This document shows, in pieces, positions 27,200 to 39,975 of a DNA stretch of 64,000 bases (position 1 is its first letter; each line of letters starts with the position of its first letter). The stretch comes from Eledone cirrhosa (lineage: Eukaryota). The notes under the pieces are model-generated. The model did not search any database, was not told where the DNA came from, and was given only the letters and a program-made list of their open reading frames with translations. A program made the translations under genes and the position numbers. The stretch spans positions 331,142,001-331,206,000 of the forward strand of contig OZ024740.1 of NCBI GenBank assembly GCA_964016885.1, given 5' to 3'.

Positions 27200-30100
27200 T
27201 CATGTTCGTCTACAGCGTGATAGTGCCACGCTAAAATCACCGAGGGTGATCAAATCACCGGAGGTGATGAAATCACCGGTGGTTATGTAACCATACATTC
27301 ACCAATCCTCGATAAGAGTGTTTCAATGTCGAACCTAAACAGTTCGAATAACGGTGAAGTGGAGACTGGAATGTCATGTGACAGACTCTCACCCAGCAGG
27401 TGCTCCCTGGCTCAGCATCAGGGACCTGGTTGTCAACCAAATACTGCTGGTGTCGGAGGAAGAAGAAAGAAAGGGACCAGAACCAACTGGACGAAAGAAT
27501 TGAATAGAACTGTTATGCAATGTTACCTGAAGAGTAACCCCAAGGAAAAAGGCTATAGGAAACGGATGCATAACATCTGGAACGAGATTGGTCTATTTAA
27601 ATTAGCTGAACAAAAATTGGCCCAGGAGGCTCGGGTAATAAGAACTAATGGGTGGATAAGCGAGCTGGAACTGGAGGAACTGAACAGAGAGATTAGGTTG
27701 GAAATGGAGAGTGGAGTATGCCAGGCAAACGAGCCAGTGGGAAATGAAGGTGAAGGGGTTGAGAGAACGGAGAAACCATCCGAAGCAGACAATGATCTGA
27801 ATGTTGAAATAAATAGTACATGGAAGAAAGATACGGCCATTGAGGAAATGAATGCTGACGGGCTAGGACAAGATTTGGTTGATATCCCAAACTTAGTGGT
27901 AGATGAAATGAACAATGATAGCTAGAAACCTATGAACCTAAGATATGTATACAGGAAAAAGTTAAAAGAAACAACAGCTAAGGTAAACAAAGTCATCCCA
28001 AACCTTGAGGCGAGGAGCCTTCACCAATGCAACAATATCCTCAAATCAACAGCAAATGCGGTGAGGAAATTACTTGGCATAAAAGCGAGAGGAAACAACA
28101 AACAAGAAAGATCAGAACCTTGGTGAAAGAAACGACTGAGTGGTCAAATCAGGGAAATGAGAAATGACATTGTAAAGCTTGAGTCCCTACTGAATGGAAC
28201 ACTAAAAAACATAGACACTAAAAATAGACTGGAAATAAAGTACAACACTAGGAGGAAAAGTCCAAATATTATCATAGAGGAACTGAAGTAACCCATTGTA
28301 GCAAAGAGTGCTAAAATTAGGCGATACGAGAGCAGAATCAGTCAGTACAGACAGAACCGCATGTTTGACAACAACCAGAAGGTGTTGTATGGACAGCTTG
28401 AGGGAAAGAAAGAGGCAACGACTTGATCCCTGAGGCGGAACAAACTAAGACATTCTGGAGGGGAATATGGGAGCAGTATGTTAAACATAATGACCAGGCA
28501 GTGTGGATTGAGACAGTACAAAAGGAGATTAGTGAACAGGCACACCAACAAACTGATTTGAGTATCACAGTTGAAACTCTTAAGGGGCAGGCCAAAAAAC
28601 TAACCAACTGGAAATCACCAGGCCCAGATGGTGTGCAGGGGTATTGGATTAAAAATGTAACATCCCTCCACCCGAAACTGACAACCGTGTTCAATGACTG
28701 GTTTATGTCAGGTGAGGTACCAGAGTGGTTGACAAAAGGTACCACAGTTTTGGTAATGAATTACCGAATCAAGGGTAATGATGTTACCAACTAAAGACCT
28801 ATCACATGTCTGTCCGTAATGTGGAAACTGTTGACAAGCATTGTGTCTGAGGAAATCTACCATCACCTCCAAACAAACAACGTGTTACCGGACGAACGGA
28901 AAGGATGCCGAAAGAAGTCCCGTGGTACAAAGGACCAGTAACTTATTGATAAGATGGTAATGAGGAATGGCAAGAGGAGAAACACTGGTCTTGCCATGGG
29001 ATGGATAGACTACAAAAAGGCATTTGACACAGTCCCTCATTCTTGGATTACCAAATGCCTAGAGGTATTCAAGGTGGCAGATAACATCAGACAGTTGTTG
29101 AGCAAAAGTATGAAGTCCTGGAAAACAGAGTTAACATCAGCTGGAGAATCCTTGGGAGGCGTGAAGATCAAGAGAGGTATCTTCCAGGGAGATAGTCTGT
29201 CCCCTCTGTTGTTTGTCCTTGCCCTCATGCCCCTGACCATTATACTTCGAAAAGTTAGAGCAGTATACAAGTTAGGAAAGGGAGGCTCACCAATAGTCAC
29301 CTCCTCTTCATGGACGATCTTAAGCTCTTCGGGAAGAGTGAGAAGGAGTCGGATGTACTTGTTGACACTGTCCGTATTTTCAGCAACGATATATGTATAC
29401 AATTTGGTATTAATAAGTGTGGATTCCTTGTGATGAAGAGGGGTAAATTGATCAGAAGCAACGGAATCCAGGTACCAACAGGTGAGATGATAAAGGAAAT
29501 GAACACTGAAGAAGGATTCAAGTATTTGGGCGTTCTGGAGGCTGATGACATCAAGAACAAAAAAATGTAGGAATTGATAAGAACTGAATACCTTCGGAGA
29601 GTAAGGAGCGTATTAAAGTCACATCTGAACAGTAGGAATGCCATAAGTGCAGTAAATTCCCGAGCTGTGTCTATCATTAGATACAGTGCGGGAATTCTGA
29701 GATGGAATGTTGCTGAACAAAAAGAAATGGATAGGAAGACTAGGAAGCTATTGACTATCTACAATATGTTCCACAAGAGGAGTTATGTCGATATACTCTA
29801 CTTGAGGAGATCTGAAGGTGGAAGAGGTCTTATCAGAATAGAGGACTGTGTTCAGATGGAGAAAAACACCCTACACAAATACATGACCGATAGTAAGGAG
29901 CCAATGCTCAGAACTGTACTGAAGGAGAGGACAATAGACCTGGGGATGTCCAAGGAGGAAATAACAAGGAGAAAGAGCAGCCTTCAGGAAAAATCCCTTC
30001 ATAGTACCTTCTTTGAGAAAACTGAATTTAGAGATCCACAGACATGGAACCGGTTGAAAAGAGGAGACCTTAAAAAGGCTACAGAAGAATGTTAATGGCT

Positions 30101-30862
30101 GCGCAGGAGCAGGCCCTCAAAACGAAGTGGTTGAAACACAATATTTACAAGGAGGAGGCTAGCTCACTGTGCAGGATCTGTGGAGAGAGAGAGGAGACTG
30201 TGGCTCACATTGTATCCGAGTGTAAACACCTAGCCCAGACTCACTATAAGGGCTGGAGACATGATGTGATGGGCAGGGTGATCCACTGGCACCTATGCAA
30301 AGTAAACAATTTACCCCATTCTGAGAAGTGGTATGAGCATAAGCCAGAGGCGGTGATAGAAAACGATCAGGTGAAGGTACTGTTGGATTTTAGGATACAA
30401 CGGACAAGAAACTGCAACACAATAGACCTGACCTGGTAGTTTTGGATAAAGAAAAAAGATCATGCCTGATTGTGGATGTGGCCTGCCCATTCGACACGAG
30501 AGGGCAAGAGAAGGAGATGGAGAAAATTAACCGATACCAGGACTTAAAGTGGGAGGTAAAAAGGATTTGGAACTGCCATGAAGTCAAAGTAATCCCGATT
30601 GTCATAGGCGCACTAGGTACTATCTCAAAAGTTTCCAGGGATGGTTAAAGAAAATTGGCCCCGCCCCGCTTTTTGGAACACTTCAAAAGGCATGTTCGCT
30701 GGGAACAGCAAGAACCCTCCGATACGTCCTTAATATCTGAGGCTGCAGGTAGTGGCTTGATATTCATTTCAACAACTTTCCAGTTAACTAACATCAATGA
30801 CTGAGACTCAAAGAACAATAATTATAATAATAATAATAATAATATTAATAATAATTATAATA
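27200..30862 (+). mobile_element. near full-length R4/Dong-clade (RLE) non-LTR retrotransposon, multiple stops and frameshifts
   Basis: N-terminal Myb-like WT..LN..MQCY..GYRKRM..W; KSPGPDG; WIDYKKAFD; GIFQGDSLSP; FMDD; YLG; CRICG..ET..H..SEC; RPD..DV..K..Y endonuclease; ORF 27326-30740; (AAT)n tail. Confidence 0.92.
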
Positions 30863-32010
30863 ATGATTTCTTTATTAACCACAAGGGTTTACATAAAGTA
30901 GACATTAAGGACAGTGCAGGACAATACAGTACGTCACAAATGGGCATTTATGCGTGTAAAAAACAAAAACAGAGGATGTAACAAAAAAATAACAATGAAA
31001 AATTCCCCACTAGGGAGGAGACTTCCGAGGGACATTGGTGGAGAAAACCCATTAAAAAGCCACAGTGACCCTGACCACCAGGGAAAGTGCCCTCTCCCAG
31101 TTTTCCACCTTTAATTTACAGACACATACTCAGAGTACGCCCATTCACTCGGGCCATTCTTGCCTCTCTCACCCATCTTTCAACAAAATGCTGGGAAGAG
31201 AGCACTTCCCTTTCTACTCTGATTTCCCTTTTCAAATGAAATATGAAAAAGTTAATCAGGGCATCACCGAAGAGGTAAGTGCTCGGCTTCAGCCCTTTCA
31301 AACTTGTCTCACCATACTATCTCTTTCGCCATGGCCACCAGACAGATAAAAACTGCCTGCCCTTCCCGGCTAAAGGAAGAGGGCGGGGCAATCCTCATGA
31401 TGGACTCAGCTGATAGCTGGATCCGTCCCGCACGCGACAGCAGGTGTTCGACATAAACCCACAAGTCAGCAAGCTCGCCCCGCGCGCATCTCGGACATGC
31501 CCGGCTGACGGCACCTCCATGCCTGGAGAGTTTATCCCGAACTGGCAGGCCAGGGATTTCTGGAAGTTGTCCATAGGCTGCGGCCCGAAAGTTCTTACGA
31601 AGAGATTGGCTAGTTGATTTTCGTCGACGCCTAGAGTTTCCCTAAGTACAGCGTCGCTCTTCCCCTCCACTAATCCACTATAGAACGCCAAGGTGGAGTT
31701 TCCACCGATCATATTGCCCGATTGGTCGAGGGCTGTGAGCGCCAGAGGACATTCCAGTCTCCAAGCGCTCCCTCTCGGTCTTCGCTTGACCCAGGACTGC
31801 AGCTCCGTCAAGGAGACGAGCAAGGGAAAGACGTGTTAGCAAACGGAGACCACACCTGATCACCGTCGAGGAAGAGGTGGGGATGTCGTAGCCTGAGCGC
31901 GTGTCTGCGCATCATCAGCCACGGCATTCCCAGCCCTCCACGTAGCAGGTGTTGACAGCAGATGGACCGCGTGACCATCGGAGCGCGTCCCTTCCACAAA
32001 AAGTGAAAGA
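30860..32010 (-). mobile_element. Tx1/L1-clade LINE 3' fragment with 3' UTR
   Basis: FLWKGRAPMV..CCQH..GGLGMPWLMMRRHALRLRH; C-terminus VEREVL..RW..ARMARVNG; 3' end like 60270-60310. Confidence 0.9.
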
Positions 32011-32354
32011 GAAAACGCTCCAGGATTGGGCCTTTGCCTCCTGGGGTGTGGCAAAAAGCACGTCTGCGGTGGCATATTTCTTGCCTCGGGTGATATGCGT
32101 TTTCCGCTGCCACACTGACCCTAAGGTTTTTGGTATTTGAGCCTCTGTGGCTCTATCAACCCTACCGGATTTTGTGCTTACTGTACGGTACGTGACTGTA
32201 CAGTGCTGTTGAGTTTCGAAAAATGTTTCGGCTGCCTTGCAGATTGCTCGGTGTCCGGTTTTCGTCACCATCTTCTTCGCTTCCTGCAATTCCTCATTTG
32301 TTATGAGGATGGTTTCCAGGTTCTTTGCGATACCTGCAAACGAGATTGGTTTTT

Positions 32355-32610
32355 CTTTGCTGCTGTTGATGTTGTTGTTGTTCTCGTCAGAGCTGCTGTT
32401 ACTTTTGTTGTTGCTGCAGGTACTACGACTACTGCCGCCGCCGCGGTTGCTGTGGTTGTTGTTGTGTTGTTGCTGCTGCTGCTGTTGTTGTTGCTGTGGC
32501 TGCTAATGCTGTTGTTGTTTATGCTGCTGCTGATGCTTTTGCGGCTGCTACTGTTGTTTTCCTTGTCACTGTTGCTGCTGCTGCTGTTATTACGGCTGCT
32601 ACTGTTATTA
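32355..32610. repeat. degenerate (GCT/GTT)n trinucleotide tract
   Basis: visible in sequence; source of the poly-L/S/N ORFs. Confidence 0.85.
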
Positions 32611-32787
32611 TTCATGACGTCAGACGAATGAAATGGGTTTTCGTATTTCCCGCACACCTTTTTCGTCGTTGTCGTCGTCGTCGTGGAGAAATGTTGCACG
32701 CTTTGCACGTGATGTTTCTTTACTGGCGTCGCTTGCGAAAGAGAAGGGAGGGAGAGAGACACATTTAGAGAAGGGAGGGAGAGAGAC

Positions 32788-33014
32788 AACCTTCAAAAGG
32801 TTTCCAGGGATGGTTAAAGAAAATTGGCCCCGCCACGCTTTTTGGAACGCTTCAAAAGGTATGTTTGCTGGGAACAGCAAGAACCCTCCGATATGTCCTG
32901 AATATCTGAGGCTGCAGATGGTGGATTGATATTCATTTCAACAAACTTTCCAGTTAACTAACGTCAATGACTGAGACTCAAAGAACAATAATAATAATAA
33001 TAATAATAATAATA
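32788..33014 (+). mobile_element. short 3' fragment of the same R4/Dong family as 27200-30862
   Basis: near-identical to 30626-30845 including the (AAT)n tail. Confidence 0.9.
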
Positions 33015-33016
33015 GT

Positions 33017-34826
33017 ATAAAATCAACAAGTGACATAGACATGCTAATAGAAATAATCAAGCAAAAAGTGTCGGCCAAAGCTGCTCGTATAAGGCGCTTT
33101 GAAAAACGTTCTAGATTCTATAAGGACAATAATGTGTTCAAAAACAACCAAAGAAACTTCTACAGAAAAATTGGTATGTCAACAATAACTGCTAAATCAA
33201 TACCACCCAAGGAGGAAGTGCAAGAATTCTGGGAAAAGATCTGGGCCGAAGAAAAAGTTCATAATATACATGCCCCATGGTTAGACAGACACATGAAAGA
33301 TACAGCTCACCTTGAGGAACAAATATGGGAAAATATGACAGTTGAACAGTTGCGTTTGGCTTCCAACAAATGGAAATCCCCGGGAAAAGACAAAATACGA
33401 AAGGTTTGGATAAGTGCCTTCACAGAGTCTCATGAGTTGTTAACCCAACTTTACAATGAAATGGTTAAGGAACCAGAAAAGATACCATTATGGCTAGTTA
33501 ACGGCATTACATTCCTGCTTCCGAAGAATGATGAGACAAACAATCCAAAAAATTACAGACCGATAACTTGCTTGACCACAATGTATAACATTTTAACATC
33601 AGTCCTAACTGAATACACATATGACCACCTGATAACAAATGACCTATTTCCCAATGAGCAAAAAGGGTGTAGACGAGGCTCATATGGCTGTAAGGATCAG
33701 CTTTTGCTTAAAAAAATTATACTGGAAGATTGTCATAATATACACAAAAATCTATCAATTGCTTGGATAGATTATAAAAAAGCATTCAATAGTTTGCCAC
33801 ACAGTTGGATTGACACATGTTTAGAGATTTTCAAAATATTTCCCGTTGTCAGGAGGTTTTTGTCATTCAGTATGAAGTCATGGAAAACGACACTCCTTTT
33901 GAATAGTGAACCAAAATCACTGGAAGCTGGAGAAGTTAATATTAATTGAGGAATTTTTCAGGGTGACTCTTTATCACCGCTTTTATTCTGCATCGCACTT
34001 ATACCATTAATTAAAATGCTCAATGAAACAAAACACGGATATAAATTATATGACAAAATCATTAATCACTTGTTCTACATGGATGACCTGAAACTATTTG
34101 CAAAAAATGATGAACAATTGCAAGGGCAATTATCCACTGTGGAGCATTTCAGTGATGACATTAAAATGGAGTTTGGACTAGATAATTGCGCCAAAGCAAC
34201 GTTCACCAGAGGAAAGCTGCTGAAAAGTTCAGACATTAATCTTGATCGGGAGAATGTGATAAGAGAACTTGATCAAGAGGAAACTTACAAATATGTAGGA
34301 GTTTGTGAAGGAGACGGAATCAAGTACTCGACAATGAGGGAAAGGATAAGGAAGGAATGTTACCGCAATGTAAGAGCAATCTTAAGAACGGAATTGAATG
34401 CAAGGAATAGGATCGATGCCATAAACACGCTGATATGTCCGTTCCAATAGACAAAAATATATCTATAAAAACATTTGAAATGGGAAAAATGTGGAAATTT
34501 AGAACTAAAACAATACCAGTGGTTGTAGGCGCTCTAGGAATGATACCTAAGGGGTCTAATGATTACTTATAGCAAATCCCAGGAACCCCGCGTATAGGAG
34601 AAATACAAAAGATAGTACTAATGGGAACTGCCCATATGCTAAGGAAGATTCTGTTAATATAAGTACATCAGACGTCTAAACACCTAAAGATGCATGTGTA
34701 TGTATGTCCTTTCTTGAACATGGCGAACCTTGTTGTCTCTTTAGGTCACTGGTTGTGAATTGGTGATAACTCGTATGAACATAAAGCATTATAAATGCAG
34801 CTGTAATAATAATAAGAAGAAGAAGA
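33017..34826 (+). mobile_element. R4/Dong-clade LINE, second family, 5'-truncated with internal deletion or junction near 34445
   Basis: WKSPGKD; NYRPITCL; EQKGCRRGS; WIDYKKAF; GIFQGDSLSP; FYMDDLKL; then jumps to IPVVVGALG..QKIVLMGTAH; TAA/GAA tail. Confidence 0.9.
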
Positions 34827-34829
34827 AAA

Positions 34830-36078
34830 AGACTGACAGTAGGGAGCGAATGCTCAAAATTGTACTGAAGGGGAACACAATAGAACAGGGGATGTCCAAG
34901 GAGGAAATAACTAACGACTGCTGAACCTTGTTGAAAAGCATGAGAGAAGTAAGAAGCTTCATTATATCTTGAAGGAGAGCCAAAAATATGCTACTAATCT
35001 CATGCTTTATACCCAGGCTGGACAGACTAAAGAAACTGTTGCAACTGATGCTGCTAGGCACATAACATCGCTGTCAAAAGCAAAAGGGCAAGGACAATTA
35101 GCATCAAATTGGGAGCAGAAACCTCTGCATGGCAAATATGTGGCCCGTAGCAAACAAGCTGATGTTGACCAAAAGCACACCCATCAGTGGCTAAGTAGTT
35201 CAGGGCTAAAGGCGGAGAGTGAATGCATCATGTTAGCTGCCCAAGATCAAAGCTTATTGACTCGTAATTATCAGGCCAATATGATGAGAAACGGAATAAA
35301 CCCAAAGTGCCGATGCTGCAATGCTGAGGTTGAAATAGCCTAGTCTCTGGATGTAAAGTTTTAGCACCAGTAAAATACAAAAATAGACATGACAGAGTTG
35401 GTCAATATCTACACCGGGTAATATGTCGGCATTACAAAACCAAAGCTGAAGACAAGTGGTACAATCATCACCCTGAGGCTGTAACTGAAGGATAACATGT
35501 AACAATTCTCTGGGACTTTCCTGTACATACTGACAGGACCATAAAAGCAAATAGACCTGACATCATTGTAAAAGATCAACATAACAAGGTATGTTTAGTG
35601 ATATATACAAGCATCCCATGTGATCACAATATCGCAGCAAAATAATTTGACAAGCTACGAACATATAAAGATCTGCTTATTGAAATTGAGAAAATGTGGC
35701 ACCTCAAGGCTGTAACAATATAAGTGATTCTGGGAGGAGTGGGAATGATGAAGAAAGGAACAGAACAATATTTGCGAATGATTTCTGCTTTACCCTCTCT
35801 GCAAGAGGTGCAAAAAATTGTTTTGACTTGTATTGCACACGTATTGATAAGAGCACTATCTCTGTAAGATTGATATCCCTCCTTGTATTTACATATGCAT
35901 ATGCCCATGTGTATATATGTATACTGTTTTTATTTTTTTTATTTTAATTATAATCAATGTGCTGTATTAACTAGCTTACCAATGTACACTGTGAATTTAA
36001 TTGCCTTAGGATTCAGGAAGACACTCGGCATATATCTCAGTAACAATAATGAAAGAAAATAAAAATAATAATAATAAT
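34830..36078 (+). mobile_element. R4/Dong-clade LINE 3' fragment(s)
   Basis: 34835-34912 resembles 29890-29965; then KPLHGKY, AAQDQSL.T, CRCC, RPDIIV, QKIVLT..AH; (AAT)n tail. Confidence 0.88.
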
Positions 36079-36169
36079 TGGTTCTGCATTTGGCACAAGA
36101 CCAGCAATCACCCAGCGTATTACTGGTACTTTATTTTATCGACCCTGTAAGGATGAAAGGCAAAGTTAA
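36071..36169 (-). mobile_element. 5'-truncated Nin/Deu-type SINE
   Basis: core and tail only; shares the AAT tract with the Dong tail. Confidence 0.8.
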
Positions 36170-36212
36170 TAATAATTATATATATCCCTTTGATCACCTT
36201 GACCGACCAGTC

Positions 36213-36248
<36 letters not shown>

Positions 36249-36419
36249 ATTAGTATATTTACCAACATATGCGTACAGATGTACACTAATGCTAGCAAAT
36301 ACATAAGTTATGTCATAGTACCTAGGTGGTTCTATGCAGGGGATGCAGAACAATTATATGAATGACGTAAAATTAGAAAATTTTAAAAATTCAAAATTAA
36401 CTTACTCACTAAAATGTTC

Positions 36420-36501
36420 ACTCCAACTAATTAGTTTCTGTAATGGGATAAATATAGTTACGCAATGTAACTATCGAGAATTCATTACGTCATCAGGGAG
36501 T
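36420..36501 (-). ncRNA. type I hammerhead ribozyme
   Basis: minus: actcc-CTGATGA-c-gtaatg..atagttac/gtaactat..cattac-a-GAAAC-taatta-GTT-ggagt. Confidence 0.85.
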
Positions 36502-36943
36502 CTATTCTCAGCTAAGTCCCCAGGCAATGCGCGGACACTAGGGACTCATATAAAAATAATAATTCGGTGGATGGAACAGCTAGCGGGCACTGAATTCCAT
36601 AGCACTGAAAAAGTTCACTGTCTCTGGTCAAGTGGCAGGGGGATGCAGAACAATTATATGAAAGACGTAAAATAAAAAAAATTTAAAAATTAAAAATTAA
36701 CTTACTTACTAAAATTTTCACTCCAGTAGTGGTAGTAGGCTCTTGTCATAATACCACCCCACTCCTACTGACTAGCCTCAGTGTCACGCGATTGATTCTT
36801 TAGAATCTGCCACTTGACCAGAGACAGTGAACTTTTTCAGTGCTATGGAATTCAGTCCCCGCTAGCTGTTCCATCCACCGAATTATTATTTTTATATGAG
36901 TCCCTAGTGTCCGCGTATTGCCTGGGGACTTAGCTGAGAATAG

Positions 36944-37025
36944 ACTCCCTGATGACGTTATGAATTCTCGATAGTTACATTGCGTAACTATATTTATCCC
37001 ATTACAGAAACTAATTAGTTGGAGT
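36944..37025 (+). ncRNA. type I hammerhead ribozyme
   Basis: same as 36420-36501 with one stem II mismatch; palindromic stem III aactaattagtt. Confidence 0.82.
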
Positions 37026-38381
37026 GAACATTTTAGTAAGTAAGTTAATTTTTAATTTTTAAAATTTTCTTATTTTACGTCTTTCATATATATAAGCCCG
37101 TAAACATTTATTATTAGCATAGATCAAAATTATTGATTTTACCCTAAAACTGGTGAATATCAATCCAAGGACGCAGAAGTATATGTTTCAAAAACATTAC
37201 GGCCAAATATACATATGTATCATATGTATGTGTGTCTGAGTGTCTATGAGTGTGTGGGTATGCAGAACATATATTTTACAGACATTTATATTTAACTGAC
37301 GGAATATCGGTTTCTACATAGTGTCGGAAGCCTATAAGTTTCGAAAAATACAAATTTAGTTTTTGTATACATGTCATAAAAAATTTCGTATCCTGCATAA
37401 GTTAAACGACAAAATATTTCAAAGCATTGAGAAGATTTAAACGGTATGTATAGTCGGTTTATTTCTGGCGATTGCCAATGCAATAGGATATTTCTAAGCA
37501 TGTGTTAAAGGCTATATACGTGTAAAGTTTATATACTGCTATCTTGCAGGCCTCCAAACTGCAGCTTCTCTTACATTTATCAGATAAACACTCATCAGGT
37601 GGCATTACATTTTGACTTTACCTTTGTCTTAGCAGCTACTATCGAAATATGAACACGGATAATCGATGTTGTTCACATCAAACGGATTTCAATTTCATTT
37701 GATAGAAACATTGAAATTCCTGCATCCAAGATTCCTCAGCACTGCTGTTTGTACGACATATTCTATATGATTTCCCCTTTTACTACAAGTGACTGCTACG
37801 TTTTATAATGGCAGGTAACAAGAGGTTGGAAGTACACCCGTTGATGAGGCTTCCACCGTCATTGTATACAGAGATTACATAATTAGAATAATAGTTGCAT
37901 ATGAAGCTGTTGTAATCCAATGTTAACACAAACTCTATCAATGCCGCTCCCGAAGAGTGTTGTTCGTGATTTCGTGGTATTCGTTGATCTCCATGCCCTA
38001 TCTAGCAGATGTTATATCAGATGGTCTACTAATTCGATGAGACCCACTTCACATACAGTCAACACATAAATATCATCGGGGAATGGAAGAATTATGACAA
38101 TTACTTCTCCTACACTGATTGTGCCGGAATATTGTTGCAGTTCAACGGTCATAATTCACTCTGGGAAGATGTTCAACTGTGACGCCGGGAAGAAACCTCC
38201 CGTCTGACGTGTTGCACCAGTCTAGCATTATGATGTACGAGTACCACAGTTCAGATCTTCACCTACTGCAGCAGGAAGGTATGGATAATATTCTGGCTTA
38301 TATTATATGCCTTCATGGACACCAACCGCGATGAATATTTGGTAAATGTATTTATAGAAATAAATATATAAACAAATACAA

Positions 38382-38425
<44 letters not shown>

Positions 38426-38645
38426 ATTAGAACCCTGTAACCATTAAGCTCTAAGTATAAAGTACAAATAAATACTGAGCCGATTAACAATATATAGTAA
38501 GAAACACAGTAAACCGTGTGTCTAAAATTACAAGGGTTGAAAAACCACATATGCTTGAAATATTTAACCAAGAAACAGACAGAATGACAAAATGAAAATA
38601 AAAATATATTATCATAATAATACAAACCGCCTCAATAACCATTAT

Positions 38646-38727
38646 ATCTCTCGGACAGATTATCCCTAATCTGTTTCGCCCTGAGTGTGTTTGTAACAGA
38701 TAATCCTGGGCTTCATCAGCGAGAGAT
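38646..38727 (-). ncRNA. canonical type I hammerhead ribozyme
   Basis: minus: atctctcg-CTGATGA-a-gccc...gggc-GAAAC-agatta/ggga/taatct-GTC-cgagagat; 8-bp stem I, 4-bp stem II, 8-bp stem III; predicted cut between 38654 and 38653. Confidence 0.93.
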
Positions 38728-39117
38728 TGTGATTAAATGCCACAAACACTATTTGCCAACGTTCACACAGAAAGATGAATTTATCACCTCGTGCTTCGCC
38801 GGTCAAACGTGGTAAGCGCGTATTGAACAGAAATAACAGTCCAACACGCACAACTTAATAGCTCAACTTGTAAGGGAGCAGAAATATATATATGAGAATT
38901 AGAACCATGTAACCATTAAGCTCTAAGTATAAAGTACAAATAAATACTGAGCCGATTAACAATATATAGTAAGAAACACAGTAAACCGTGTGTCTAAAAT
39001 TACAAGGGTTGAAAAACCACATATGCTTGAAATATTTAACCAAGAAACAGACAGAATGACAAAATGAAAATAAAAATATATTATCATAATAATACAAACC
39101 GCCTCAATAACCATTAT

Positions 39118-39199
39118 ATCTCTCGGACAGATTATCCCTAATCTGTTTCGCCCTGAGTGTGTTTGTAACAGATAATCCTGGGCTTCATCAGCGAGAGAT
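39118..39199 (-). ncRNA. canonical type I hammerhead ribozyme (second unit)
   Basis: identical to 38646-38727; predicted cut between 39126 and 39125. Confidence 0.93.
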
Positions 39200-39704
39200 T
39201 GTGATTAAATGCCACAAACACTATTTGCCAACGTTCACACAGAAAGATGAATTTATCACCTCGTGCTTCGCCGGTCAAACGTGGTAAGCGCGTATTGAAC
39301 AGAAATAACAGTCCAACACGCACAACTTAATAGCTCAACTTGTAAGGGAGCAGAAATATATATATGAGAATTAGAACCCTGTAACCATTAAGCTCTAAGT
39401 ATAAAGTACAAATAAATACTGAGCCGATTAACAATATATAGTAAGAAACACAGTAAACCGTGTGTCTAAAATTACAATAATACCTCTACATTAAAACATA
39501 GGGTTTTTATGCCTCGCCTATGTCTGGTTATTTTTAATTTTTCTCTCAATATAACAGCTGGTTTCTCTCCTAACCACATATATCTCCCTTACATTAATAC
39601 TAGAGCTAAATAAATAAATAAATAAATAAATGTATCATTGATACGTTTACTCAACGGACGTCCCACTACCTAGTTTTCTATATATATATATCTATCTCTA
39701 TTTC

Positions 39705-39742
<38 letters not shown>

Positions 39743-39975
39743 CTGTTTCTTTACATGAAGTTCTTCTCTTTATCTATCTTTCCATCTCTCTATTTTGTTC
39801 CATGCATTTCTTCTTTTTTTTTCTTCTTTTTCTTCGTTTTCTGTCTTTCTTTCCTTTTTTCTCTCTTTCTTTCTCTCTGTGTACAATTTTTTCACTGCCA
39901 ATTCAACTTTTCAAATACAAGTCGATGTTGTTACGGTATGTCAAATCTATTTATCTATAAAACTGTTTATATTGT

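Larger units (their letters stand above)
36247..37092. mobile_element. HHR-bearing non-coding element with ~285-bp inverted repeat
   Basis: 36354-36637 is the reverse complement of 36808-37090; 36636-36725 repeats 36336-36425; homologous to 46470-47090. Confidence 0.85.
38421..39477 (-). repeat. 472-bp tandem repeat (2.24 units), one HHR per full unit; retrozyme-like
   Basis: units start at 38421, 38893, 39365; duplicated ORF calls are offset by exactly 472; one substitution noticed (38907). Confidence 0.95.

Noticed and set aside
32010-32789. Host gene with poly-S/N/L tract or LINE ORF1
   Set aside because: Dominated by trinucleotide repeats with no identifiable motif; ORF1 origin cannot be supported
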